Assembly (NCBI GenBank): GCA_005776395.1 | Contig: SXPJ01000003.1 | Coordinates: 29,227 to 93,226, forward strand | Reading direction: 5' to 3' | DNA: 64,000 nucleotides | Source: Bdellovibrionales bacterium | GTDB lineage: Bacteria > Bdellovibrionota > FAC87 > UBA2466 | Part shown: positions 1 to 8,926 of the stretch, one piece after another | How positions within the stretch are numbered: the first letter of the stretch is position 1 | How the letters are laid out: every line of letters begins with the position of its first letter | Made by a program: the position numbers and the translations under genes | Notes under the pieces: model-generated | Database searches by the model: none | The model's input: only the letters and a program-made list of their open reading frames with translations | Told to the model about the DNA's origin: nothing

Positions 1-1596
1 TTCAGCCACGAGAATAAACTTGGCCTCAACAGAATTTAAAGGAGTAGGATTAGCTTCCTCTTCAGATTCTTTAATTTTAGCTGTGTTACTTTTTGAGATC
101 TCTGCTAAACCGGCTTTTTTTCTAAGATTATTCATCTCTTTATCAAGAGCATTTAAAGCATAATGAATAGAATCCAAACGCAGGTTCCCGGCGGTTGGAG
201 ATCTGTAAACTGAATAATAGTTGTCAGCGGCAGCAACAAAGATCCCTTGTTTATAAAGAATTTCTGCTAAATAGAACCGAATTGTTTGGGCGTGAGTGGC
301 ATTGGTAAAGAACTCCAGATATTTTTGATATAAGGAGCGAGCTTGAACATAGAGCTTTTCATTTTTTGTTTTTTGACCTTCAGCATGAAGCTCGAGCGCA
401 TATTTTCGAGCCGTTTCCTCAAAACGTGTAGCTGCAGACTTAACAGTTCCGGGTGAGGCTGAGTTTAACTCAAACCAACTTGACCCTTGCATGTAATTGG
501 GCAATTGAGTGAATAACCGATTAATTGCCTTTTCGGTGTTTCCACTTAAGCGTAGAGATTCAATAAGAGCAATGTCATAGTCTGGATTTTTAACTCCATT
601 GTTATCAAGATCTAGTAATTTTTCATTTAGGAGAATGCTGTTCTTGTAATCGGCCTTTTCAAGGAACAGATTTGCCATAGATTCAAGGCCAGTCCTGTTG
701 AAGGGCTCTCCTTGAGATTGAAAAAAAGCAATGGCTTGGTTTGCCATGTGAAGTTCAACGAAGGGAAGGGTGATATCCCTTAGAGCTTCATTTTTTAAAC
801 GCATGAGATAGTTGGAGTTTTCCGAGCTCTCCCACTCTACGATTGACTTAAAGAGTTCGAGTGAATTTTGAAAACGTTGATTATTGTAAGCACACCAGGC
901 TTTTTTGTAAGTGGCGTAGGGCAGAGTCTTGGGGTTTTTTATAGAGATTACTTTATTAAAATAATCTTCTGCAACTTGGAAGTTATTGTTATCGAAATAA
1001 TGATCACCGAGTTGAAGCAGGGCCTCGGAGGCATATTTAGATGAGGGGCTCTCTCGAACCAATCGTTGTAAATAATTCACCGCCTCCTGAACTCCTCCCT
1101 TGTCCTGACTCAGGATGGCTAGGAAATAGATCATTTCATCTTTTCTGGGGTGTGAAGGAAATCGGATTAGTAGATCTTTGTAAATAACTTTAGCCTTTTC
1201 TAGAGAGGCCATAGCTTCAGAAGTATCAAGGGAAGGCGCGACCCCTTTTTTTCCTTTGGTGGATTGCGAAAGGATCGATTCTTTCTCAAATCGGGATTGA
1301 GCTTTTGCCATTAAAAAGTGATATTCCTCCATGTAAAGACTTCCAAGTCTTAGATTGAGCTCGGTCTTTTGGTCGGTGGATCTAGCTTCACGGATAAACT
1401 TTTTAATATCATTAATGAGAGTCACCCGTTTTTTATTAAGAAGAGTTTGTTTCTCTTCATTAAAATCTTCAGAAGAGATGTCTGGAAGTTTTAAACTACT
1501 CTTTTTCTTAATTCGAATACGGTTATCAACTGAGGAGGCCATTAGAGATTGAGTGATAAGTATTAGAATGAATCCTAGTCTAAGTATGTGTTTCAT
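1..1596 (-). CDS. Secreted TPR-repeat protein, partial: the N-terminus with signal peptide is in the window and the C-terminus runs off the left edge
   Basis: Hand translation of the minus strand gives an open frame from the ATG at 1596-1594 to position 1 with no stop. The ORF track lists only closed ORFs, so this one is absent from it. The N-terminus MKHILRLGFILILITQSLMASS looks like a signal peptide. The body has TPR-like helical repeats (AxxxY/FxxA patterns). Frame checked by translating 1-60, 601-660 and 1501-1596. Confidence 0.55.
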   Translation of the reverse strand, partial: MKHILRLGFILILITQSLMASSVDNRIRIKKKSSLKLPDISSEDFNEEKQTLLNKKRVTLINDIKKFIREARSTDQKTELNLRLGSLYMEEYHFLMAKAQSRFEKESILSQSTKGKKGVAPSLDTSEAMASLEKAKVIYKDLLIRFPSHPRKDEMIYFLAILSQDKGGVQEAVNYLQRLVRESPSSKYASEALLQLGDHYFDNNNFQVAEDYFNKVISIKNPKTLPYATYKKAWCAYNNQRFQNSLELFKSIVEWESSENSNYLMRLKNEALRDITLPFVELHMANQAIAFFQSQGEPFNRTGLESMANLFLEKADYKNSILLNEKLLDLDNNGVKNPDYDIALIESLRLSGNTEKAINRLFTQLPNYMQGSSWFELNSASPGTVKSAATRFEETARKYALELHAEGQKTKNEKLYVQARSLYQKYLEFFTNATHAQTIRFYLAEILYKQGIFVAAADNYYSVYRSPTAGNLRLDSIHYALNALDKEMNNLRKKAGLAEISKSNTAKIKESEEEANPTPLNSVEAKFILVAE

Positions 1597-1604
1597 AGTG
1601 TTCC

Positions 1605-1976
1605 TTATATAATCTTTAAAGCGTTTTGCACTTTGTTCTCGTAGATCAAAGTTTGAATCGAATCTCTTGCTTCCTGGGAAATTGAGGTGAACTCTATTGC
1701 TAATCCCACCCGATCTTCTTTTTCAATTCTTACGACAACCCCTTTTGCCTGTATTGGAAATTGAAGTCTCTTAGAGCGTACTACAATTTTTACTTCAGAA
1801 CCTTTAGAGATACAGTGAATCTTCTCAACAAAACATCCTCCAGCGCTTAAATTAAGAAGAGGGACGATGTAGAGCTCTTCTTCATCGTGAATTAAGACCT
1901 CTCCGGATAGCTCAACTCGGGCATAGGCTCTTAAGCGTTGTGAAGCCATTATTTTTACGTTGGAATTTGAGTTCAT
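1605..1976 (-). CDS. PilZ-domain c-di-GMP receptor protein
   Basis: RxxxR motif (RLRAYAR) followed by a D/NxSxGG motif (NLSAGG), a small beta-barrel-sized protein of 123 aa. It is co-directional with, and immediately upstream of, the TPR protein gene. Confidence 0.55.
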   Translation of the reverse strand: MNSNSNVKIMASQRLRAYARVELSGEVLIHDEEELYIVPLLNLSAGGCFVEKIHCISKGSEVKIVVRSKRLQFPIQAKGVVVRIEKEDRVGLAIEFTSISQEARDSIQTLIYENKVQNALKII

Positions 1977-2308
1977 AAGACACCTCGTTAATCCAGAATC
2001 TTAACTCCACCTTCATTGTAGGCGTTTTGCTGAAGGGGGGTCAAAGATCCAAATCTTTCTTATTTTTCAAAAAACTCAATAAATACATCACCTAAAATTA
2101 TGAAGATTATTGTTTGAAAAAAACTACAACTTTAAATTCTTGAACGCTCTCCAATACTTTTAGGACCTAGTAATTACTATTTCGGCAAGGCGCGAAAAAA
2201 AACTTATAAGCGGTGTATTATGAATTTGAGATTAGAGTTCTTTAACCCGCTGTCCGTAAGCTCCTACGACCGATTAATAACAAATTTATAGAATCTTAGG
2301 ATTGAACT

Positions 2309-3331
2309 ATGAAAAAGTGTCTAAAAGTCATTTTTTGTTTGTCATTGGCGCTCATGACAACCCGCTGTAATTCAAAAGATAAGGTCTATTCAAATCTTTT
2401 ACGCAGTGATGTCTTTGTGCAGTCTTATAACGAAAATAAGTATGATTTTTTGTTTGTTTTCGATACCTCCGGAAGCTTCAAATCTAGGCGTGACTACGTT
2501 AAAGATAATATGCAGAGCTTCCTCAATGTTCTAAATAGCCGCAAGGCGGTCGACTACCAGATTGCGGTTACGACTCTAGACATGTTCGGAGGGGTTAACC
2601 CTATTTTACCTGATAGCAAAGGGGTTAGAGGAAATCTTGTGGCCGCTAGCTCTGGATTAAAAGTTGTCAAAAGTGATGCTGCAAATCCCGCAGCCGATTT
2701 TGCAGCTATCATGCAAAATATTGATGAGTCGGATACCTCATTTTGGGAGCAGGGGCTAGAATCGGTCTACCAAGTTATCTTTCAACATGGCAGTGAATTT
2801 AGTCGTCCTGGAGTCTCTCTAGTTGTTATTTTTATGACCGACTCTGATGACTGGTCCTGTCAAGACCAATGCTGGGGAGAACAACCCGAAAACAATACCC
2901 ATTGGATTGCTCAACCGTTAAGTCGATATACCGATTTTTTTCAAACGATCAAAGCTAACGAAAATGCGGAAATTCTAGCCTTCCCGATTGTGGGGTTAGC
3001 AAGTGCAACTTGCGAAGTTGAATTTGCAGGAAGTCGATACATAGCTCTGCAAGAGGTCTTAGGTGGCATCAGCAAAAGCTATAGTGTTTGTAGTGCAGAT
3101 GTTGCTGTAAGTTTTAATGGCGTAGCTCAGGTCATAGCCGATCGAGGTAATGTATTTAAGCTAAATCGACCTGCAAGCGGAACAGGTTTTAGCGTCTTTG
3201 TCGATCAGCAATTGATTCCATTTGCCCCTGAGAATTACGAGTATGATGCAGCCGCAAATGCAGTTGTATTTACCGGCCTTGCACCTAAAAAAGGTTCCGT
3301 TATTGAAATTATTTACTCGGAAAAAACTTAG
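2309..3331 (+). CDS. Secreted von Willebrand factor A (vWA) domain protein
   Basis: N-terminal signal peptide, and a MIDAS motif DxSxS in DFLFVFDTSGSF near the start of a Rossmann-like fold. The gene lies 22 bp upstream of the large lipoprotein gene, so a two-gene operon is likely. Confidence 0.6.
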   Translation: MKKCLKVIFCLSLALMTTRCNSKDKVYSNLLRSDVFVQSYNENKYDFLFVFDTSGSFKSRRDYVKDNMQSFLNVLNSRKAVDYQIAVTTLDMFGGVNPILPDSKGVRGNLVAASSGLKVVKSDAANPAADFAAIMQNIDESDTSFWEQGLESVYQVIFQHGSEFSRPGVSLVVIFMTDSDDWSCQDQCWGEQPENNTHWIAQPLSRYTDFFQTIKANENAEILAFPIVGLASATCEVEFAGSRYIALQEVLGGISKSYSVCSADVAVSFNGVAQVIADRGNVFKLNRPASGTGFSVFVDQQLIPFAPENYEYDAAANAVVFTGLAPKKGSVIEIIYSEKT

Positions 3332-3352
3332 TGTTGTGAAGTAGGAGGAAGT

Positions 3353-5686
3353 ATGAAAAATCAAGGAACGAAAATATCGGTTATCCAAGTGATAATGACC
3401 CTAGGGGTATGTTTAACCTTAATTTCATGTGCTAAAGGCGGTTCTCAGAGAAGCGCTGAAGAGTCTCTCGTCTTAGGCAATAGCACTTTTAATCCTGGCG
3501 AAAAGGCTCCTGGCGTCGAGCTTGAGCCTCAAAGCTCTAATTCGATTTTAGAGCAAAGCCAAGATGCTAATCTTGCCTCCTTTTCAGTTCTTTCACCTAG
3601 TGGAATTTCTGAGGGAGGTTACATTCCTGGCAGTGGTAGTGGAGGCGGAGGATCGGATAGTGGAAGCATTCCCCCTCCTGGTGGTGTAAGTAATCCCGTA
3701 AGCACCCCCTCAACAACAATTCCAAGTTCTAACACTGCAACTCCAAGTCCGTCTGAGCCTACAATCCCATCTGGAACTTCGAGCGATGTGAGTCCAAGTC
3801 CTACGACAGGGGATTCAAGTCAAGGAGGCAGCTCTTCAACAGTTTCCGACGGTACTAGTAGCTCGACCGATCTTTATCCTGGTGGAAACGATGGTGGAAT
3901 TATCCCCGGTTCAGGCACGGCTTCAGGTACAGATAATGGCTCTCTTCCTAATTCTGGCACCCCCTCGACAGGAGATGGGGGAAATACTCCAAGTTCAGGA
4001 ACAGGAGCTGTGGCCGATACTGGAACAGGATCTAGTTCAGGCTCCAGTTCAACTACCGATCAAAATTCAGGAACGACCCCTGGAACAGATTCTTCGACTA
4101 CAAATTCCGGCGGGTCCGATGTGAACTCAGGAGGTTCTACAGGTCCAGTTGCGGACAATGGAACTTTACCCAACTCTGGAACCCCAAGTGATTCAGGTAC
4201 AGATAATGGCTCTCTTCCTAATTCTGGCACCCCCTCGATAGGAGATGGGGGAAATACTCCAAGTTCAGGAACAGGAACTGTGGCCGATACTGGAACAGGA
4301 TCTACCTCTCCAAATCCAGGAACTTCGGGTGGGGAGACTCAAGTAATTTTATGCCACTATCCTCCAGGAAATCCTGCTAACAGCATTACTATCATTATTG
4401 GACAACCCGCTGTAACCGCACATTTAGCTCACGGGGATAAATTGGGTGATTGTCCTCCTAGCAATGGTTCCAGTGTTAATAACGGTGGAAATAATAATCC
4501 CAATCCAACTCCCCCTGTAACTCCAGATCCAGATTTAGATGATCACAATGATACCTGCTCGTGCCACCACTCAGTTCATCCCACTCCTTGTCAGCCAAAC
4601 AAGAAAAAACTGACAATTAATTTAGGGCGTGTTTGCAGTATAAGAAGATCGAAAACAAGTGATCTTTTCTTTGAAGAGGCTAAGAATCCGATTCTCTCAA
4701 TAGAAGCCATCGTTCCCAAAGGTAGAATCGCCTATGGAAGCCAATCTTCTAATCCTTATGCAACACTGTTTTTTTCCAGACAGCCTAATGCAACTCAACA
4801 ATGGGGAGTTCTCTCGGCCTCAAATCAAGCTAAAGAGAGAGTATTGATTGCGACCTTCAACTTAAAAGGTATTGATCTAGTTGGAAAGAAACAGAAGCGT
4901 TCAGCTGCATTTAATCTAAAGGAACTTAAAAAACAATTGGGAGGGGATTGGACAAAGGCCGCTATTGTAGCAAGTGTCTGCGATGATCCTAATAACGACG
5001 GAAGTTGTTACGCAACACCTAAGTCCAGTTTATTAAGTGTCGTTCCGGCTACATTTAAGGCTAATCGTGTTCCTTCTCAGGTAGGGCTTGATATTTGGAG
5101 TGGTCGCGGGCTATCGCAATCTCTCGACAGTACCAAATGCGATAAACAATATAGCCCCATTGTTCTTGATTTGACGGGGGAAGGGATTAAATTATCAGGT
5201 CCTGAAGAGGGATTAAAATTTGATCTTAATGCAGATGGAAATGAGATCTATACCGGTTGGATCAAAGGCACAAATAACGCCTTTCTAGTGCGAGATATTA
5301 ATCGTAACGGAAAGATTGATAGTGGAGCTGAACTCTTTGGTTCTGCCACATTACTAAAAAACAATAAACGGGCGGCTAACGGCTTTGAGGCCCTTAAAGA
5401 TCTTGATTCTAACGCTGACGGTCTACTAAGTCTTAAAGATCTTGAATGGAAGAGTTTACGACTCTGGTTTGATCGCAATTATGATGGGTTTAGTCAGTTT
5501 TCTGAACTAAATCGATTAGAACAGTACCAAATCCAATCGATCAATCTAAATTATGTAGAGCTCTTAGAAATGGATGAGTTCGGCAATCAAACCCGTGAAA
5601 GGTCAACCTATACACGTCGAATTGGAGGCAAAGATAAACCATTACTTGCTGTAGATGTATGGTTTAGAACGCTTATAGAGCAATAA
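3353..5686 (+). CDS. Large lipoprotein with a Ser/Thr/Gly/Pro-rich mucin-like linker and a C-terminal domain with EF-hand-like Ca-binding loops
   Basis: Lipobox LTLISC after a hydrophobic N-terminus. About 300 aa of low-complexity S/T/G/P repeats include two near-identical 112 bp DNA repeats. C-terminal loops DLNADGNEI, DINRNGKIDSGAE and DLDSNADGLLSLKD fit the EF-hand DxNxDGxIxxxE pattern. Confidence 0.6.
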   Translation: MKNQGTKISVIQVIMTLGVCLTLISCAKGGSQRSAEESLVLGNSTFNPGEKAPGVELEPQSSNSILEQSQDANLASFSVLSPSGISEGGYIPGSGSGGGGSDSGSIPPPGGVSNPVSTPSTTIPSSNTATPSPSEPTIPSGTSSDVSPSPTTGDSSQGGSSSTVSDGTSSSTDLYPGGNDGGIIPGSGTASGTDNGSLPNSGTPSTGDGGNTPSSGTGAVADTGTGSSSGSSSTTDQNSGTTPGTDSSTTNSGGSDVNSGGSTGPVADNGTLPNSGTPSDSGTDNGSLPNSGTPSIGDGGNTPSSGTGTVADTGTGSTSPNPGTSGGETQVILCHYPPGNPANSITIIIGQPAVTAHLAHGDKLGDCPPSNGSSVNNGGNNNPNPTPPVTPDPDLDDHNDTCSCHHSVHPTPCQPNKKKLTINLGRVCSIRRSKTSDLFFEEAKNPILSIEAIVPKGRIAYGSQSSNPYATLFFSRQPNATQQWGVLSASNQAKERVLIATFNLKGIDLVGKKQKRSAAFNLKELKKQLGGDWTKAAIVASVCDDPNNDGSCYATPKSSLLSVVPATFKANRVPSQVGLDIWSGRGLSQSLDSTKCDKQYSPIVLDLTGEGIKLSGPEEGLKFDLNADGNEIYTGWIKGTNNAFLVRDINRNGKIDSGAELFGSATLLKNNKRAANGFEALKDLDSNADGLLSLKDLEWKSLRLWFDRNYDGFSQFSELNRLEQYQIQSINLNYVELLEMDEFGNQTRERSTYTRRIGGKDKPLLAVDVWFRTLIEQ
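3922..4303. repeat. Two near-identical 112 bp direct repeats (3922-4033 and 4192-4303) inside the lipoprotein CDS, encoding GTDNGSLPNSGTPS(T/I)GDGGNTPSSGTG(A/T)VADTGTGS
   Basis: Direct reading: the two copies differ at 2-3 positions and are offset by 270 bp in frame. Confidence 0.8.
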
Positions 5687-5700
5687 GAGCTTAAGTTAAG

Positions 5701-5751
5701 AAGGCACTACACCTACGTAATGGCTAAGAAACTGTAAGTGTGTAGTGCCTT
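5701..5751 (+). other. Perfect 12 bp inverted repeat (AAGGCACTACAC ... GTGTAGTGCCTT) with a 27 nt loop, 15 bp after the lipoprotein stop
   Basis: Seen directly. No U-tract follows, so it is not a canonical intrinsic terminator. It could be an RNA stability element, a processing site or a protein-binding palindrome. Confidence 0.4.
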
Positions 5752-5992
5752 AAATTCCTTACCCTCTACCCTAGAATTAAGCCTGGTCCTTTACATAATG
5801 TTACTTATACGACGTAATAAAAAGAATAATAAAATCCTCATTACCAACCCTATAAAAATAGACCCTGTAAAATTTTAGGGGCTTAAAATCCTTCTAAGTT
5901 TAACAACTGATCCCATAAGAGTTATTGAATTAAGCTCTAGCATTGAATCCAATTAATTAAAGCGATAAATTTTAATTAATCAATTCTACTTT

Positions 5993-6340
5993 ATGAAACT
6001 TTGGGTTCTATTAAGTTTTTTGTTAGCTTTTTTTACTTCAATGGCAAAGCCCTGTTCTTGTGAATCTTTAATTATTAATACTGAACTCAAATCTAATGAA
6101 CATTCTTGTTGTCCAGAAAAAAAAAATATCAAGAGCGACCTGACTGAATCCTCTCAAAATTCACAGCTCCAATTTGAACATGCTTTTTCTTGTGTAAGTT
6201 TTTGTTGTGCCACTTTTAGTCACCGCGACAATGCAAATCTATTTTTTCATACTTTTTCCACGCAAGATTTCACTCATAAAATCCGATATCCTTATGTAGT
6301 TTTTTTACCCGTTCTTAAACGTCCCCCTCGAACGGTTTGA
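5993..6340 (+). CDS. Small secreted Cys-rich protein (CSC, HSCCPE and SCVSFCCATFSH motifs)
   Basis: Signal peptide MKLWVLLSFLLAFFTSMA. It sits in a very AT-rich islet and no homology is recognised. Confidence 0.35.
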   Translation: MKLWVLLSFLLAFFTSMAKPCSCESLIINTELKSNEHSCCPEKKNIKSDLTESSQNSQLQFEHAFSCVSFCCATFSHRDNANLFFHTFSTQDFTHKIRYPYVVFLPVLKRPPRTV

Positions 6341-6396
6341 TGTTTTTTTTAGCTTTATATAAACAACACATCGTTTAATTCCTTAAGGAGAAAATC

Positions 6397-6867
6397 ATGA
6401 ATTATATCATTCAATTACCAAGGCTATTAGCATTGCTTTTGGCCTTATCTGTTTCAACAAACACGCTAACAGCTCAAACCTTGAGTCACAAATCTGATTC
6501 GCAGGTTAAGCACTCTCATAAGACAGTTAAAAAGGTTAAGGCTGTGGAGGCTGGAAAATCTGACTGCCAGTGCGATTGTGACTCTTGTCAAGATGGCTCT
6601 TGCGATGATTGTGACTGTAACGGATGTGAGTGTTCTAAAGACAATGCTAAAGTAGGTTCTTGTCACGATTGCGATTGTGACCATTGCCAAAATGGCTCTT
6701 GCCATGACTGTGACTGCGGATGCGATTGTTCCCACGACACTTGCAAATCCGATAGCTGCTGCGATAACTGCAATTGCGGATGTGATTGCACTCAAGGTAG
6801 CTGTAACGACTGTGACTGTGATTGCGATCATTGTCACGACGGAAGTTGCACAGATAGCAAAGAGTAA
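6397..6867 (+). CDS. Secreted Cys/Asp/His-rich tandem-repeat protein (metallothionein-like, with about 40 Cys in the last 100 aa)
   Basis: Signal peptide, then a Lys/His-rich segment, then five or more GSC(H/D/N)DCDC repeats. The underlying DNA shows degenerate tandem repeats between 6560 and 6840. SD-like AAGGAG lies 8 nt upstream of the start. Confidence 0.55.
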   Translation: MNYIIQLPRLLALLLALSVSTNTLTAQTLSHKSDSQVKHSHKTVKKVKAVEAGKSDCQCDCDSCQDGSCDDCDCNGCECSKDNAKVGSCHDCDCDHCQNGSCHDCDCGCDCSHDTCKSDSCCDNCNCGCDCTQGSCNDCDCDCDHCHDGSCTDSKE

Positions 6868-6894
6868 TAAAGCGTTGCTTTAATAATAAAAATG

Positions 6895-6930
6895 AGAGCG
6901 AAGTAATCTCAATGGGGTTTACTTCGCTCT
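6895..6930. terminator. Bidirectional hairpin terminator between the convergent Cys-rich gene and tsaE
   Basis: A perfect 12 bp stem (AGAGCGAAGTAA / TTACTTCGCTCT) with a 12 nt loop. T-rich sequence follows on the minus strand (CATTTTTATTATT). Confidence 0.55.
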
Positions 6931-6932
6931 AC

Positions 6933-7385
6933 TTAAAGTATTTTATATCGTCGACAATTTTCTTCGATCTCGATTTTAATCTCTGCAGTTAATTTAAGTA
7001 TTTTCTTATCCACACACAACTCAGGCCATTCCACAAATAAAAACCCCTGATTCTTACGAACCTGTTCCACTATTTCATAATATTCCAAATCCACAAGCAT
7101 CATCTCTGTCACAGAGTCCATTCGATAAAGATCAAAATGATGAACCGGGGGAATTAACATTTCATAACTTTGATGAAGAACAAAAGAGGGGCTTATTACG
7201 CGGTCTATTTTAATATTCTTCTTTTGAGAAAGAACTTTTATGATGGCTCGAACAAGCGTGGTCTTTCCGCTCCCCAAGTCACCTGTAAGCCCAATGATTC
7301 CTCCCTTGGAAAAAAAAGTTAAAACCTCCTCTGCGAAAGAGTCTAAGGCATCGAGAGAAATTAAATTTGTAGTTTTTAACTTCAT
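6933..7385 (-). CDS. tsaE: tRNA threonylcarbamoyladenosine biosynthesis ATPase TsaE
   Basis: P-loop GDLGSGKTTLVRAI, about 150 aa. The start overlaps the nnr stop, the usual nnr-tsaE arrangement. Confidence 0.75.
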   Translation of the reverse strand: MKLKTTNLISLDALDSFAEEVLTFFSKGGIIGLTGDLGSGKTTLVRAIIKVLSQKKNIKIDRVISPSFVLHQSYEMLIPPVHHFDLYRMDSVTEMMLVDLEYYEIVEQVRKNQGFLFVEWPELCVDKKILKLTAEIKIEIEENCRRYKIL

Positions 7386-8911
7386 ATAGATTCCAATTCC
7401 TTTAAAACCTCAGGAATCTGTGAAACGAGATCAGAGACTATAGTAGAACGAGGATGACCAAAAATCTGAGTGACACGCTCAGAAACTTTACCGTGAATAT
7501 AAACTCCTAAAGGAATGCCTATTTCAGGTGTGAGCCCCTGAGCCATAAAAGCCCCCAAAATCCCCGATAAAAGATCCCCCGTACCCCCTTTTGAAAGGCC
7601 TGTATCTCCTGATGAGATTACAATACAAGGGGATGAGGGAAGCTTCACCAAAGTCCCCTTCCCTTTTAAGACAATCGTAACACCAAATTTCTCAGTAAGT
7701 TTTTGAATGCTTTTATATCTATCTTTTTCGATATCGATCACTTCTTCCCCGAGAAGTCGCCCCGCCTCTTTAGGGTGAGGAGTTAAAATCACCTGATCCG
7801 ATTTAGCTTTTTTAAGAATAGAAATGAACCTCTTTTGATTTTTTGCAATTAGATTTAAAGCATCTGCATCGAGAATACATTTCCAGTTGTTTTCTAGGGC
7901 TTTCTCAAAATACTTAAAGAACTTTTCCTGTTGTTTGTCCAAACCCATACCAGGCCCTTGGATCCAAATAGCTGTCTTAGTTTTAAATAATTTTTCGCTT
8001 ACAACTTCAGTCATCACCTCTGGGGGCAATCTTTTTCGAAGGGAATTGAGAGATTCTTTCTCCCCCACCACGGTAACAAGACCAGCCCCTGTTCTTAAAG
8101 CTCCTAAGCTAGCCAATATACAGCCCCCCTGTTTGTCCTCCTCTGATGCCCAAACATAGACATGACCATAAGTTCCTTTATGACTTGCTAGTCTTCTCTG
8201 GGGTAGTTTTTGGGCGTCTTCTAAACCATAAAGAAAAGCATCAACTTCAAAAGGGATTAACCTTGGAATTTGAATTGGCTCTAAAGTAAGTTGCCCGACA
8301 TAATCAGCAGAGGGACCCGTGACTAGACCTTGTTTAATAAATCCTAACGTCACTGTCTCAGAAGCCATGACAGAGGCTCCTATCGGATGACCCGTATCAC
8401 TATGAAGTCCACTGGGTACATCGATTGAAATAATCCATTTTTTTTTCTGATATTGATTGATCTTTTCAATCCACTGACGATAGGGCTCTTTAATTTCTCG
8501 AGACAATCCTGTTCCAAAAAAACCATCAACTATCCAATCACAGCCTTCAAACAACTCTGGATCAGGACTCTTTGGCCAAAAAACTGGAACCCCTAATCGA
8601 CTTAAAATTTCACTTTGAATTTTAGTGGAGAGAGAAAGATTCTTTTCAAATCCCACTAGCCCCACAAACACTCTTTTAAGCCCTAAAGAATCCAAGATCC
8701 TAGCGACAGCTAAAGCATCCCCACCCTTATTTCCAGTTCCCGCAAGAATAATTCCTCGGGTATGACTGAAGGTGTGACGAAATCTATTTTGAAGGGCCTT
8801 TACAACTCCGAGCGCCGCATGCTCCATTAACAATAGCTCAGGCAAACCCATTTCAGAGATCGTCCTGCGATCGATCTCCTGCATTTGTGAGGCTGTAACT
8901 AGAGGCTGCAT
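7382..8911 (-). CDS. nnr: Bifunctional NAD(P)H-hydrate epimerase and ADP-dependent dehydratase (Nnr)
   Basis: N-terminal YjeF_N-like region (GNKGGDALAVARIL) and a C-terminal carbohydrate-kinase-like dehydratase region (GDTGLSKGGTGDLLSG), 509 aa in total. Confidence 0.8.
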   Translation of the reverse strand: MQPLVTASQMQEIDRRTISEMGLPELLLMEHAALGVVKALQNRFRHTFSHTRGIILAGTGNKGGDALAVARILDSLGLKRVFVGLVGFEKNLSLSTKIQSEILSRLGVPVFWPKSPDPELFEGCDWIVDGFFGTGLSREIKEPYRQWIEKINQYQKKKWIISIDVPSGLHSDTGHPIGASVMASETVTLGFIKQGLVTGPSADYVGQLTLEPIQIPRLIPFEVDAFLYGLEDAQKLPQRRLASHKGTYGHVYVWASEEDKQGGCILASLGALRTGAGLVTVVGEKESLNSLRKRLPPEVMTEVVSEKLFKTKTAIWIQGPGMGLDKQQEKFFKYFEKALENNWKCILDADALNLIAKNQKRFISILKKAKSDQVILTPHPKEAGRLLGEEVIDIEKDRYKSIQKLTEKFGVTIVLKGKGTLVKLPSSPCIVISSGDTGLSKGGTGDLLSGILGAFMAQGLTPEIGIPLGVYIHGKVSERVTQIFGHPRSTIVSDLVSQIPEVLKELESI

Positions 8912-8926
8912 AAAGAAGTTGAGATT

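Noticed and set aside
1977-2308. Possible c-di-GMP riboswitch upstream of the vWA/lipoprotein operon, given the adjacent PilZ gene
   Set aside because: No GEMM-like conserved blocks (GGCAAACC…GCAAAGC) were seen by eye.
3882-4124. Internal plus-strand ORF within the 777 aa lipoprotein gene
   Set aside because: It is an alternative frame of the low-complexity repeat region, with no start context, and is fully nested.
6466-6883. Antisense and overlapping ORFs (6466..6837 minus, 6677..6883 plus) inside the Cys/Asp-repeat gene
   Set aside because: They are products of the repetitive GAT/TGC codon composition and are Ile/Ala/Val-rich nonsense. The sense frame has a signal peptide, an SD and a terminator.
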